From positions 6,120,001 through 6,152,000 of the forward strand of contig NC_009925.1 of NCBI RefSeq assembly GCF_000018105.1: DNA of 32,000 nucleotides, written 5' to 3'. This stretch comes from Acaryochloris marina MBIC11017 (GTDB lineage: Bacteria; Cyanobacteriota; Cyanobacteriia; Thermosynechococcales; Thermosynechococcaceae). The translations under genes and the position numbers were made by a program. This document shows, one piece after another, positions 18,710-27,872 of this stretch. Position 1 is the first letter of the stretch. Each line of letters begins with the position of its first letter. A model generated the notes under the pieces. It was not told where the DNA came from. It made no database searches and saw only the letters and a program-made list of their open reading frames with translations.

Positions 18710-20428
18710 TTAATACCCTGACGCAGTCCCTTCGCCTCGGGGGTCAGCTGCACCAAACAATTTATCTTGGGGGGTCACTTCAATTAAGTTGGCATTGCCC
18801 CATTGAGTTCTCATCTGAATGTCATGTCCGCGCTGTTTTAGTGCTTCCACAGTGGTTGGGGGAAATTTCACCCGTTCTTCAATGCGTAAGGGCAGAGGCC
18901 GCCATTGATGGTGAACTTTAGGGGCGTTAATGGCGGTGGCGACGTCCTGTTCAAACACCAACACATTCATCACTAACTGCAATACGGTGGTGATAATCGT
19001 GCTGCCCCCGGCGGCACCCACGACAAGTCTTAGTTTTCCTGCCTCGGTGACGATGGTCGGCGTCATGCTGGAGAGAGGCTTTTTGGCGGGTGCGATCGCA
19101 TTTTGAGTATTGCCAACTAATCCAAAGGCATTGGGAATCCCCGGTGCAGTTGCAAAATCATCCATCTCATTATTAAGAAGGATGCCAGTTCCGGGGACGA
19201 CGACCCCAGCCCCAAAGCCTAAATTGAGGGTAAATGTGAGGCTAACGGCATTGCGATCGCGATCCACTACATTTAAGTGACTGGTATCATTCGATTCTTT
19301 TTGTAGCCACTTCAAGGTTCGAGCATCCATGGCCTTGACCTGGTCTGCTGGACGAGCTTGATTGGGATCAATCTCCTGAAAGCGACGTTGGGCATATTGG
19401 GGACTGATCAGTTCCTGGACGGGAACCTCAACAAAATCAGCATCTCCAAGATATTCGGCACGATCGGCATAGGCAATTTTCATCGCCTCTACCAGGGCAT
19501 GTACATAGTCGGGATGATCGGACTTGGCTGGAAATGGCAGGCCGAGGGTGAGTAGATTGAGGATTTGGTTGAGATGAACTCCCCCCGAAGAAGGCGGAGG
19601 CATGGAGCAGACCTGCATTTGTTGGAACTCGCCACATAAGGGCTCTCGCCAAGTGGGGGCATAGGTCCTTAAATCCCAAAGGGAAACAAGGCCATCGTTA
19701 TTGCGCATATCCTTGGCTATGGCTAGGGCAATAGAGCCAGAGTAAAAGTCCTGCGGATCCTGAGCGAGACGTTTTAGGGTTTTAGCTAAGTCGGTTTGGA
19801 TCAGGCGACTGCCAACCGTCAAGGGTTGACCCTTAGTCAGAAAAATCTCCCGAGCAGCGGGATTTGCTGCCAGGGCCTTTTGACGCAGGCGGATGATACG
19901 GTGGGTGCGATCGCTGACCACAAATCCCTCTTCAGCCAGTTTGATCGCAGGATTTAGTAACGTTTGCCAAGGCAATCGACCATGTTTTTGGTGAATAGCT
20001 TGCAACCCCGCAATAGTTCCCGGTACGGCGACGGCTCGATGGCCGTCAATACTGGCTCGGGGAATCACCTGACCCTCTGCATCAAGGTAGAGTCGAGAAT
20101 CTGCTTTGAGGGGAGCCCGCTCGCGAAAATCCAGAGCGATCATCTGATCGGTCTCCTCCAGTCGCAGAAGCAAGAACCCCCCTCCTCCAATCCCTGCTGA
20201 GAAGGGTTCCGCTACTGAGATGGCCATCGCTGTGGCCACGGCAGCATCCACCGCATTACCACCTTGTTTGAGGATCTCTAAGCCAACCCTCGTTGCGTCG
20301 GGATGAGTAGAGGTGACGAGGCCAGTTCGGCCTTGAACAAGAGGTGGAGCGGCTATACCAGGCCCTGCTAAGGAGCTGATTGTCAAACATATGCTAGAGT
20401 AGGCAGCCCAAAATTTTAGTAGCACCAT
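18710..20428 (-). CDS. ggt: Gamma-glutamyltranspeptidase precursor
   Basis: The 572-aa product has an N-terminal signal-like segment, the autoprocessing/nucleophile region NDTSHLNVVD, and conserved GGGGFLL and SSMTPTIV motifs. Confidence 0.9.
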   Translation of the reverse strand: MVLLKFWAAYSSICLTISSLAGPGIAAPPLVQGRTGLVTSTHPDATRVGLEILKQGGNAVDAAVATAMAISVAEPFSAGIGGGGFLLLRLEETDQMIALDFRERAPLKADSRLYLDAEGQVIPRASIDGHRAVAVPGTIAGLQAIHQKHGRLPWQTLLNPAIKLAEEGFVVSDRTHRIIRLRQKALAANPAAREIFLTKGQPLTVGSRLIQTDLAKTLKRLAQDPQDFYSGSIALAIAKDMRNNDGLVSLWDLRTYAPTWREPLCGEFQQMQVCSMPPPSSGGVHLNQILNLLTLGLPFPAKSDHPDYVHALVEAMKIAYADRAEYLGDADFVEVPVQELISPQYAQRRFQEIDPNQARPADQVKAMDARTLKWLQKESNDTSHLNVVDRDRNAVSLTFTLNLGFGAGVVVPGTGILLNNEMDDFATAPGIPNAFGLVGNTQNAIAPAKKPLSSMTPTIVTEAGKLRLVVGAAGGSTIITTVLQLVMNVLVFEQDVATAINAPKVHHQWRPLPLRIEERVKFPPTTVEALKQRGHDIQMRTQWGNANLIEVTPQDKLFGAADPRGEGTASGY

Positions 20429-20569
20429 GGTTGTTTATTGATAGCCGAACGAGGAGACTTTATAAATGCAAAATCCAATCAGCAATTAGCTTAGCGTGGA
20501 ATAGGGAGACTAACTGGATTTCACCGCCATTGGGCTCACTGCAATCAATTTTGAGCTTTCTACCCGCCC

Positions 20570-23197
20570 TTATGCATCAGCAACTAATATTTGGGATTCA
20601 ATATTGTCCCAAACTGATTGTGAGAATGATAATGCAGACTTCTGACAGTGAATGATAACAATCATTGCTTTGAGATAATGATTGAGGGAATCCAATTCTT
20701 CCAAGGAAAAGCTGACCAAATCGAACTTGACTTTAAACGCATTAATCCAGATCTGCTGGGCTCGCTTAGCGAACACTAAATTCTCCTCAAAAGGCGCTGA
20801 GTCACTGGGGATATCACCTTTTAGTGATTCAAGATCGTTCACTAATTTATTAAAGTCGACAGAGTTGAATATTTTTGCTTCTTTGAACTTTTTGGCGCTA
20901 ATGATTGAAATTTTAATAGCACGTAAAAATGCATTTTTATGGGTGCTTTCTATGCCGCAATACATCACTGTATCGGTTGTTCTATTGCGATCTAAAGCCA
21001 GAGTTAGTAGTCGTTTGTGCGTTAGGGTGCCTGTAAGCTCACGAGCTAAATCATAGGTATAGTACAGTTTCTTTTTGAGATTGGCATCCTCTGGATTTGC
21101 GAAACGGGTAATAGCATAGAGAGGATGTACACCAGGGAAAAAGAGTCCAATTGCAGTCGCTCTTTTGGCTGCTACCTTGAAATCACCTTCCGTATTTTGA
21201 GTCATTAGATCCGCACATCGAAGTAACTTCTGGAGTGCTGAAGAATTTTCCACATAGCTATGGGCATGCTTTGCCATGATTTGTAAAATTTTGTCAGCCT
21301 TACTCATACCTGATAGCAATAAGAAAATTTCTTGCCACCGATCATCCGTTAGATATTCTCCAATCAACTCCTGTAAAAGTGAGTCATCATGTTTAGACTG
21401 AGCAAAAATGTACTGGGCAGCTAGAAATTCTTGAATGGTTAAGTGTGAGAAGGAGTACACTGCCTCGACCCGCTCAACCAATAGTCCATGCTGTAATTCA
21501 ATTGATTTCAAGACTTTCTTGCCATCAATTAACGCAACATCCGGCAGCATTTCACTCAATAGATCTTCAAGCTGCTGGGTTAGGGTTCGTCTTGTGATAA
21601 ATAGTTCATCTCTTTGAAAGGCATCAAACGCAATTTTTGAAAGAATAATCTCTTTGCGTTTGATGGCTAGTCCTTTATAAATACTTTCTCTGGGCACATC
21701 TTTTTCAGCATCCCACTCTTCTAAGAGCACCCACAGAGACTTTTCATACAAGGTTGCTCTATGTTTCGGGAACTGTCCTTCCCTTTGAAAAACGAGACAA
21801 AGCATGGTGAGCAGTAATGGTGTTCGAGTCAGCTCTTTGGCGGCTGTATTACTGTCAGTATTCAGTTGCTCCCAACATTTTCGACCCTGTTGGGGCTGCT
21901 TATGAAACCATTTTTCTATAAATTGCCCGATCTGATGGTCATCAAATTCAGCAATGACAACATCTGTAAAGTTGCGGAGATTATATTTATAGGCCGCAGG
22001 TCTACAGGTAATGATGAACCGATTTTGGTGAAATCGATTGGCAAAATCTTGAATTTTTGATATTGCCTCGCTCATTTGTTCTATCGGTACTTCATCTAGC
22101 CCATCTAGCAATAACAGCAAATTCCCTTGAACCAGAGCCTTCTCTAAAAAATGTTGAGGTTTAGGAAATCCACAAATTTTGAATTCTTCAATAATTGCGG
22201 ATTCCAGATCAACTTCTGTAAAACTAAATTTTTTAAGCTCAATAAAGACGGGAATGCAGTTATGCTGATAGCCACCTTGATCCTTATGATTTAGAGTTTC
22301 TAGGCCTATTTTCCGTAAGAAGGTGGATTTGCCTGTACCAGGACCGCCTAATACCATTAGATATTGATATGTATTGGCTATCTCTAAGCCAGACTGTCGT
22401 TTAGCCCGCTTTTCTTCTCGCAAAAAAACTTTTCGCTGCCGGTAGTTCTCTTCCAGCCAATTAATGGACGCAGAGCTAAGAACGGAATCTTCATTGAGTA
22501 AGTGCATCGTGGTATAGAGGGAGTCCAGCTGGGCTGGCCCTCTCATCCCCAATACCTTCAAAATGCCATGACGTTCCGAATACCGTTTCAAATACTCTTC
22601 CGTAGAAAAATAGCATTGCTGATGGCTATGGGGACCAGATTGATAGTTGAGTGAAGCGTTTAGTGTTCTATTTCTTTCGGCAACGCTATAAGTAACACCT
22701 TGTAAAGTGGGAATTGATTGGCTTGTGTTATAACCATAGTCAGTGACTTGTTTAGATTTAGAGGGTCTAAGACGCTCCCATTCGTCGTGAAACTTTGCTA
22801 AATTCTCTGCAGTACTGTACCGATTAAACCAAAGCTTAATTGTAAAATTCCACTTGTGCGATCCTCTTGGCTGAGACCGGTTATCTACAAGGATATTTAG
22901 GAACTTTTCTAATAGTTTGAGTGAATTTTTGACTTGATTGTTATTAAGCTGACCATGATAGGTATCAGTCTGGGTTAGGCTCACTAAAGCCTGAACCGTT
23001 GTCTCGACCACTAGTTGATAGTCTGTCTGCCAATTGACTCTGATTTTTGATCGGAGTTGCTCACTAATTTCGAATTCATCATTGGCATAGGCAATTAATC
23101 CTTCAAGCAGACGCTTTGTCCTTCGTCTAGGGACTGGACCATAGGTTAAATGATTTCTCCCATTCTCATGATCGGGATATTGGCCAGAGTCAAACAT
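20570..23197 (-). CDS. NACHT-domain STAND NTPase (875 aa) with uncharacterised N- and C-terminal regions
   Basis: Walker A is GGPGTGKST (residues 284-292, nt 22322-22348). Walker B is LLLLLDGLDEV (nt 22088-22120). FIITCRP and TRTPLLLTMLC are NACHT hallmarks. The N-terminal ~270 aa contain a block (LNNNQVKNSLKLLEKFLNILVDNRSQPRGSHKWNFTIKLWFNR..FHDEWERLRPSKS) that I recall from the N-termini of other cyanobacterial STAND/WD40 proteins. The C-terminal ~400 aa look helical, with no obvious WD40/TPR/LRR periodicity. Confidence 0.85.
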   Translation of the reverse strand: MFDSGQYPDHENGRNHLTYGPVPRRRTKRLLEGLIAYANDEFEISEQLRSKIRVNWQTDYQLVVETTVQALVSLTQTDTYHGQLNNNQVKNSLKLLEKFLNILVDNRSQPRGSHKWNFTIKLWFNRYSTAENLAKFHDEWERLRPSKSKQVTDYGYNTSQSIPTLQGVTYSVAERNRTLNASLNYQSGPHSHQQCYFSTEEYLKRYSERHGILKVLGMRGPAQLDSLYTTMHLLNEDSVLSSASINWLEENYRQRKVFLREEKRAKRQSGLEIANTYQYLMVLGGPGTGKSTFLRKIGLETLNHKDQGGYQHNCIPVFIELKKFSFTEVDLESAIIEEFKICGFPKPQHFLEKALVQGNLLLLLDGLDEVPIEQMSEAISKIQDFANRFHQNRFIITCRPAAYKYNLRNFTDVVIAEFDDHQIGQFIEKWFHKQPQQGRKCWEQLNTDSNTAAKELTRTPLLLTMLCLVFQREGQFPKHRATLYEKSLWVLLEEWDAEKDVPRESIYKGLAIKRKEIILSKIAFDAFQRDELFITRRTLTQQLEDLLSEMLPDVALIDGKKVLKSIELQHGLLVERVEAVYSFSHLTIQEFLAAQYIFAQSKHDDSLLQELIGEYLTDDRWQEIFLLLSGMSKADKILQIMAKHAHSYVENSSALQKLLRCADLMTQNTEGDFKVAAKRATAIGLFFPGVHPLYAITRFANPEDANLKKKLYYTYDLARELTGTLTHKRLLTLALDRNRTTDTVMYCGIESTHKNAFLRAIKISIISAKKFKEAKIFNSVDFNKLVNDLESLKGDIPSDSAPFEENLVFAKRAQQIWINAFKVKFDLVSFSLEELDSLNHYLKAMIVIIHCQKSALSFSQSVWDNIESQILVADA

Positions 23198-23605
23198 GGG
23201 CCGAGGTCGAATGTATTACAGGATATGTACAGTAGATACAACATGCAAACCTAATCATAGATCTAGATGCTGTCGGTTCTGGTTATTACACCGCGAATAA
23301 AGTTAATAGCAATTGATAGGTTGGGCAACTGTTCTTAACTCTAGAATCTTTTATTGGTATAGCTTCTTGCGATTATAAAGTACCTGTTGCTTGTTGTTAC
23401 TAGCATCAAGTTATCAGTGGTTATATGGACTAGTCGCAACGTTGTTGTTTGGTCTGGTGAGACTTTGTTGTTGTTTGAGGGGTAAGTCTCCTCATTAGCT
23501 CAAAGGGTTTCAGTGTGTTTGTCAAAGATGGATTTTTTACGGGGGATTAAGTTGTAAAAAACGAATGGTTTTCGACTTTGCTATTCTCTAGACGATGCAA
23601 GACAT

Positions 23606-24286
23606 ATGAATATCACTGATCGAGATTCAAATCCAATAGATGCAGAAGTTCTTCCATTATTGCTGGAGGCTCGTCAATATCCCCCAGGTCATCATAAGAG
23701 GAAGCAATGTTTATCGAAAATAATTAGGATTATCCAAAAATCGAAAAAGCTTTGGTACGAACATACCCCATACTATGAAGATGCTCTACAGCTGACCTGG
23801 CTTTATTTTTGCCAGAATATTTGTGAAGAAGGTACCGGTAAGCAATTTGACCCAGATCGCAGTAGCATCATCACTTGGTTAAATCAGTATCTCAAATGGC
23901 GTTTGCGAGACTTCCAGATCAGCAAGGCTCAGTATCATGCCAGATTTTGTTTTCCTATCTCTTCAACTGGGGCAAATCAAGCTTGTGATGCCATGGCAAA
24001 CCTTGCCGCTCCACCAGATATCCCTCCAATTTTAGAAGTGACCCGTCATTGGGTAGAAACAGATCCGACTGGAGAATTGCGTGGGTTGCATATCCTCAAT
24101 CGTCCTGATGTGAATTGCCAAGTCTTGTTATTGAAGCGCATCTTCTCAGATATGCAATGGGACCAAATTTCTCAGGAGTTCGATTTGCCTATTTCTACAC
24201 TGAGTAGTTTTTTTCAGCGACGATGTATGCCGGTGGTCAAGAAGTTTGGCGAACAGCAGGGCTTTCTTGATCATAAGCACCCTTGA
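23606..24286 (+). CDS. Sigma-70-family (ECF-like) protein of the cyanobacteria-specific type
   Basis: The N-terminal LLLEARQYPPGHHKRKQCLSKIIRII...YEDALQLTWLYFCQNI...FDPDRSSIITWLNQYLKWRL matches the pattern I recall for short cyanobacterial sigma-like proteins (..HPPGS.ER..AL..L...YE.A.Q.L.LY.C.NI..YDPERG..M.W.N..L). The C-terminal WDQISQEFDLPISTLSSFFQRR looks like a region-4 helix-turn-helix. Confidence 0.65.
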   Translation: MNITDRDSNPIDAEVLPLLLEARQYPPGHHKRKQCLSKIIRIIQKSKKLWYEHTPYYEDALQLTWLYFCQNICEEGTGKQFDPDRSSIITWLNQYLKWRLRDFQISKAQYHARFCFPISSTGANQACDAMANLAAPPDIPPILEVTRHWVETDPTGELRGLHILNRPDVNCQVLLLKRIFSDMQWDQISQEFDLPISTLSSFFQRRCMPVVKKFGEQQGFLDHKHP

Positions 24287-24322
24287 GACGTTATACCTGC
24301 ATGGATTGGTAACAGTTCCTAC

Positions 24323-25828
24323 CTGACTTTTCACGGTAACTCCTGGAGTTATTTTCCCATAGAGGTTCTAGAAAATCTTTCTCCATACAACTACGATGAC
24401 TAAACCCCGAGTATGGAGATGATTAGGATGCAGACATGGTGGAAGAAAAACTTTGCTGAGTGTCAATTCAGTGATCAGCGCTTGACCCATCGAGCCTTAA
24501 AGATTGGTCAAGCAATTTGCGAAGGCTTCGGCCAAGCCCTGTCGAGCATTTTCAAGACTGCAACAGAGCTCAAACGCTCTTATGAATTTTCGCCAATGGG
24601 AAAACTAGCTTTGCTCTTGTGATTACGCCTCATTGTCGTGCAACCGCCCGAGCCATTGCTGAGGAAGAGATTACCTTGTGCGTGGGTGATACGAGCTTTT
24701 TAGATTACGGAGGCATCAAGAAGAAGCGTCAAGGCTATGGTCCTCAAGGCAATGGGGGAAATGGCTTATTGCTCCACAGTGCCTTAGCTGTTGACCCGGC
24801 GCAGGGTCAGCCGTTGGGGTTGCTATGGCAAAAGGTATGGAATCGTCAGCATCGACCCCAGCCTCCGAAAAAGGAAACCCCGCGACAAAAGAAGAAGCGT
24901 CAGGCAAAGGCGCGAAAAGCTTCTCGGAATCGACCGTTTGAGCAAAAGGAATCCTATCGTTGGGTGGAGGCCATGCAAGCCGTAGAGAAAATAGTGAGTC
25001 CGTCAACCCGCACCATCCATGTGTTCGACCGAGAAGGAGACATCGCCGAAGTGTTCGAGCAGCTCAACCATCTTCGCAACACAGGGGTTGTGGTCAGAGC
25101 CTCACATAATCGTCGACTTGAGCAAGACCCTAATCGGCTGTGGGAAAAGCTGGAAGCCCAAAGGGTTCAATTGGAGTATGAAATTGACTTACCCAAAACG
25201 AAAGACCGGAGTGCACATACAGCCAAGCTAGTGGTGCGCTGTTGTCTTGTCCAACTGCAGCGACCCACCCGTCTAGCTGATAGTCACCCCCTCCAAGTCT
25301 ATGCCGTTTATGCCACAGAAGTAGATCCCCCAGAGGATGAAGACCCTGTCTCATGGATGTTGCTCACGAGTGAAGCGGTCACCACGGTGGAGATGGCCCA
25401 GACCATTTTGCGCTGGTACACATACCGATGGAGAGTGGAGGAATATCACAAAATTCTCAAATCAGGGACTCAGGCGGAGCGGTATCGTTTGGCGGCTGAG
25501 GGGATGAAAACCTTATTGGGATTCCTATGTGTCACTGCTGTAGAGCTATTGCGTCTGACCTACTTAGAACGCACATCTCCGCAACGTCCTGCTCAAGATG
25601 TCGTCACACCTTTGCAACTCAAGGTTCTTATTTCTAAGACACCGAAAGTTCCCAAACCCCTCACTGTTTCTTGGGCAGTGAAGGCGGTTGCACGACTCGG
25701 AGGATACTTGGAGCATCGTCGCAATACACCGATTGGGATTCAAGTCCTTTGGAAAGGATGGGCTAAGTTAAATCTCCTGATGGAGGGCTGGCAGTTAGCA
25801 ACCCAGGAGACTTACCGTGAAAAGTCAG
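24323..25828 (+). mobile_element. IS4-family, IS50/Tn5-like insertion sequence (1506 bp) with an 8-bp target-site duplication
   Basis: Perfect 17-bp terminal inverted repeats CTGACTTTTCACGGTAA lie at 24323-24339 and, as the reverse complement, at 25812-25828. They start with CTGAC like the Tn5 outside end. Direct repeats GTTCCTAC flank the element at 24315-24322 and 25829-25836. Confidence 0.9.
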
Positions 25829-25962
25829 GTTCCTACACCCAAAAAGTAGGGCTTGATCAAAGTGTCTCTATCAAGGTGCTGATTCAATTCAGGGCAGCAC
25901 TGGGATGTTTTTTAGCCCTTTGTAAAGTAATCTACCAACCGATTTCTACTACCCTTCTATAG
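24413..25962 (+). pseudogene. Tn5-like DDE transposase split by a 1-nt frameshift, with the reading frame running out through the right IS end
   Basis: ORF 24413..24622 encodes the Tn5-type N-terminal DNA-binding region. ORF 24619..25962 encodes the DDE core (VGDTSF, VFDREGD, YRWRVEEYHKILKSG) and the C-terminal WAVKAVARLGGYLEHRR. The frames join as ..KRSYEFFANGKTSFALVITPHC.. if the T4 run at 24587-24590 were T5. No in-frame stop occurs before the IS end at 25828, and the ORF terminates 134 nt into flanking DNA. Confidence 0.8.
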
Positions 25963-26207
25963 GATGTAGAAGTAAGCTGCTAACGGAAGTGAATGGTATA
26001 GCTGTTGTGAGTTGTGGCCTCCTAGTTCCACTATCTATGAGCCCCTTCATGTGATTTTTCTGCCAAACTCAATGGTCCTGGTGCTTCGCTCCAATCTAAT
26101 AGGGGAAGGCTATATTTGGTGTATAACGCTCCCATGTATAGGGGTTAGGATCTGGGTTGACAATAAAGATCCTCGGTTCTGTGATGGGTGTTGAATGGGG
26201 AACATCT

Positions 26208-27872
26208 ATGAAATCACAATGGCTTTCCAAGTATTCGTTATCGTCTGCAGATGCAGAGCGATTAGACCAATTTTTTGACGACATTCAGAAAGAATCGAAG
26301 CTGTTTTTAGGGTATCCCTGTAACGGCATTTTTGATTACTCCCCTCTGTATCGATTTCTGCAATTCCCCCTCAACAATGTGGGGGATCCTTTTCTTGCCA
26401 GTAACTATCACCTCAATACCCACGCTTTTGAATGTGAACTACTGGAAATTTTTCAAGACTTAACCCAAGCTCCTCCGGGAAGTACTTGGGGCTATATTAC
26501 CAATGGTGGAACTGAGGGGAACCATTATGGTTTATTTCTTGCGCGGGAGTTAATGCCAGGGGGCATCGTTTACTATTCTCAAGATGCCCATTACTCCATC
26601 GATAAAATTCTGCGCTGTCTGAATTTAGATAGCATTATGATTCGGAGTCAGCCGGATGGCTCGATGGATTTAGACGATCTGCGAGAGACCTTACGGATTC
26701 ACCGGGATGTGCCGGCGATTGTGTGTGCCACGATTGGAACCACTATGAAAGGGGCCGTTGATGATATTGCTGGAATTCAAGGGATTTTTCAGGATCTAGC
26801 TTTGAAGCGTCATTATCTCCATGCTGATGCAGCTTTGGGGGGGATGGTTCTTCCGTTTATTGATACTGCGCCTCCATGGAACTTTGCGGATGGCATTGAT
26901 AGTATTGCCATTAGTGGCCATAAAATGATTGGTTCGCCGATTCCCTGCGGTGTGGTCTTGGCGAAAAAAGGTAATGTTGATCGAATTGCTCAAAGTGTGG
27001 AATATATCGGCACCTTGGATACCACTCTCAGTGGATCTCGAAATGGCTTTACACCGTTGTTTCTTTGGTATGCATTTCATACGATTGGTGTGGACGGATT
27101 TAAGCAGATCGTGCCGAACTGCTTAAAGATGGCAGACTATGCTATTGCCCAGCTGAATCAACTTGACCGCAATGCTTGGCGACATCCCTATTCCAATATT
27201 GTGGTGTTTGATCGCCCTTCCCCTGTGGTAACCCAGCGATGGCAGTTGGCTTGTAATGGTTCTTTGACTCATCTGATTGCTATGCCCCATGTGGTAAAAG
27301 AGCAAGTTGATCAATTGGTGGCTGATATTCAGTCCTTGGAGTCACCACCAGAACCATCTTTAACCGATCTGCCGGTCTGTGAAACGACTTTAGGGGAAAC
27401 CAACGAAGAAATTACCCTGGTCGGTTCATCTGAAGAGTATTTGCTGACTCAGATATCTGTGGCTTTGGCGTCAGCGGGAATTTCCATTGAAGATATTACG
27501 GCGGTCCAGGCCGCAGGGGGGAGCATCATCCAGCTGAAGGTGAATGACCGGGCTCGGGCATTACAGATTTTGAATGAGCATTTAGATATCGGTCGTTGTC
27601 ATGGTCAGTATCGGCCCTTTAATACAGAATCCGCGACCCAAATGCTGACTCAGGCAGATTATCAGACGGTTAGCCAAGATGCCCTGTTAGTGAAGCTGAA
27701 TGATAAGCCTGGGGCTTTGGCAGAGTTGATGAAGAAATGTCGAGAACATGCGATCTCGATCCGTAGTGTCCGCCTTGTATGGCGAGGACAAGGCAGTGCC
27801 CTGGTTGAAATCGCCTCGGATCAACATCAAACCTTGCAGAGTCTCTTGGTTGATCAGGTTGTTGTGCAATAG
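26208..27872 (+). CDS. hdc: PLP-dependent histidine decarboxylase (group II) fused to two C-terminal ACT domains
   Basis: The sequence is collinear with enterobacterial HDC as I recall it: FLGYPCN, WGYITNGGTEGN, HADAALGGMVLPF and the PLP-lysine motif ISGHKMIGSPIPCG (Lys codon 26922-26924). After ~residue 400 come two beta-alpha-beta-beta-alpha-beta-like ACT modules (ITLVGSSEEYLLTQISVALASAGISIEDITAV.. and LLVKLNDKPGALAELMKKCREHAISIRSVRLV..). The start is set at ATG 26208 (MKSQWLSKYS..); the ORF-track start at 26157 is an upstream alternative. Confidence 0.8.
   Translation: MKSQWLSKYSLSSADAERLDQFFDDIQKESKLFLGYPCNGIFDYSPLYRFLQFPLNNVGDPFLASNYHLNTHAFECELLEIFQDLTQAPPGSTWGYITNGGTEGNHYGLFLARELMPGGIVYYSQDAHYSIDKILRCLNLDSIMIRSQPDGSMDLDDLRETLRIHRDVPAIVCATIGTTMKGAVDDIAGIQGIFQDLALKRHYLHADAALGGMVLPFIDTAPPWNFADGIDSIAISGHKMIGSPIPCGVVLAKKGNVDRIAQSVEYIGTLDTTLSGSRNGFTPLFLWYAFHTIGVDGFKQIVPNCLKMADYAIAQLNQLDRNAWRHPYSNIVVFDRPSPVVTQRWQLACNGSLTHLIAMPHVVKEQVDQLVADIQSLESPPEPSLTDLPVCETTLGETNEEITLVGSSEEYLLTQISVALASAGISIEDITAVQAAGGSIIQLKVNDRARALQILNEHLDIGRCHGQYRPFNTESATQMLTQADYQTVSQDALLVKLNDKPGALAELMKKCREHAISIRSVRLVWRGQGSALVEIASDQHQTLQSLLVDQVVVQ

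Noticed and set aside
24581-24622. Programmed ribosomal frameshift in the Tn5-like transposase
   Set aside because: IS4/IS50-family transposases are made from a single ORF. The break is a one-base shortfall in a plain T run, with no slippery heptamer or downstream structure. Mutation or a homopolymer sequencing error is more likely.
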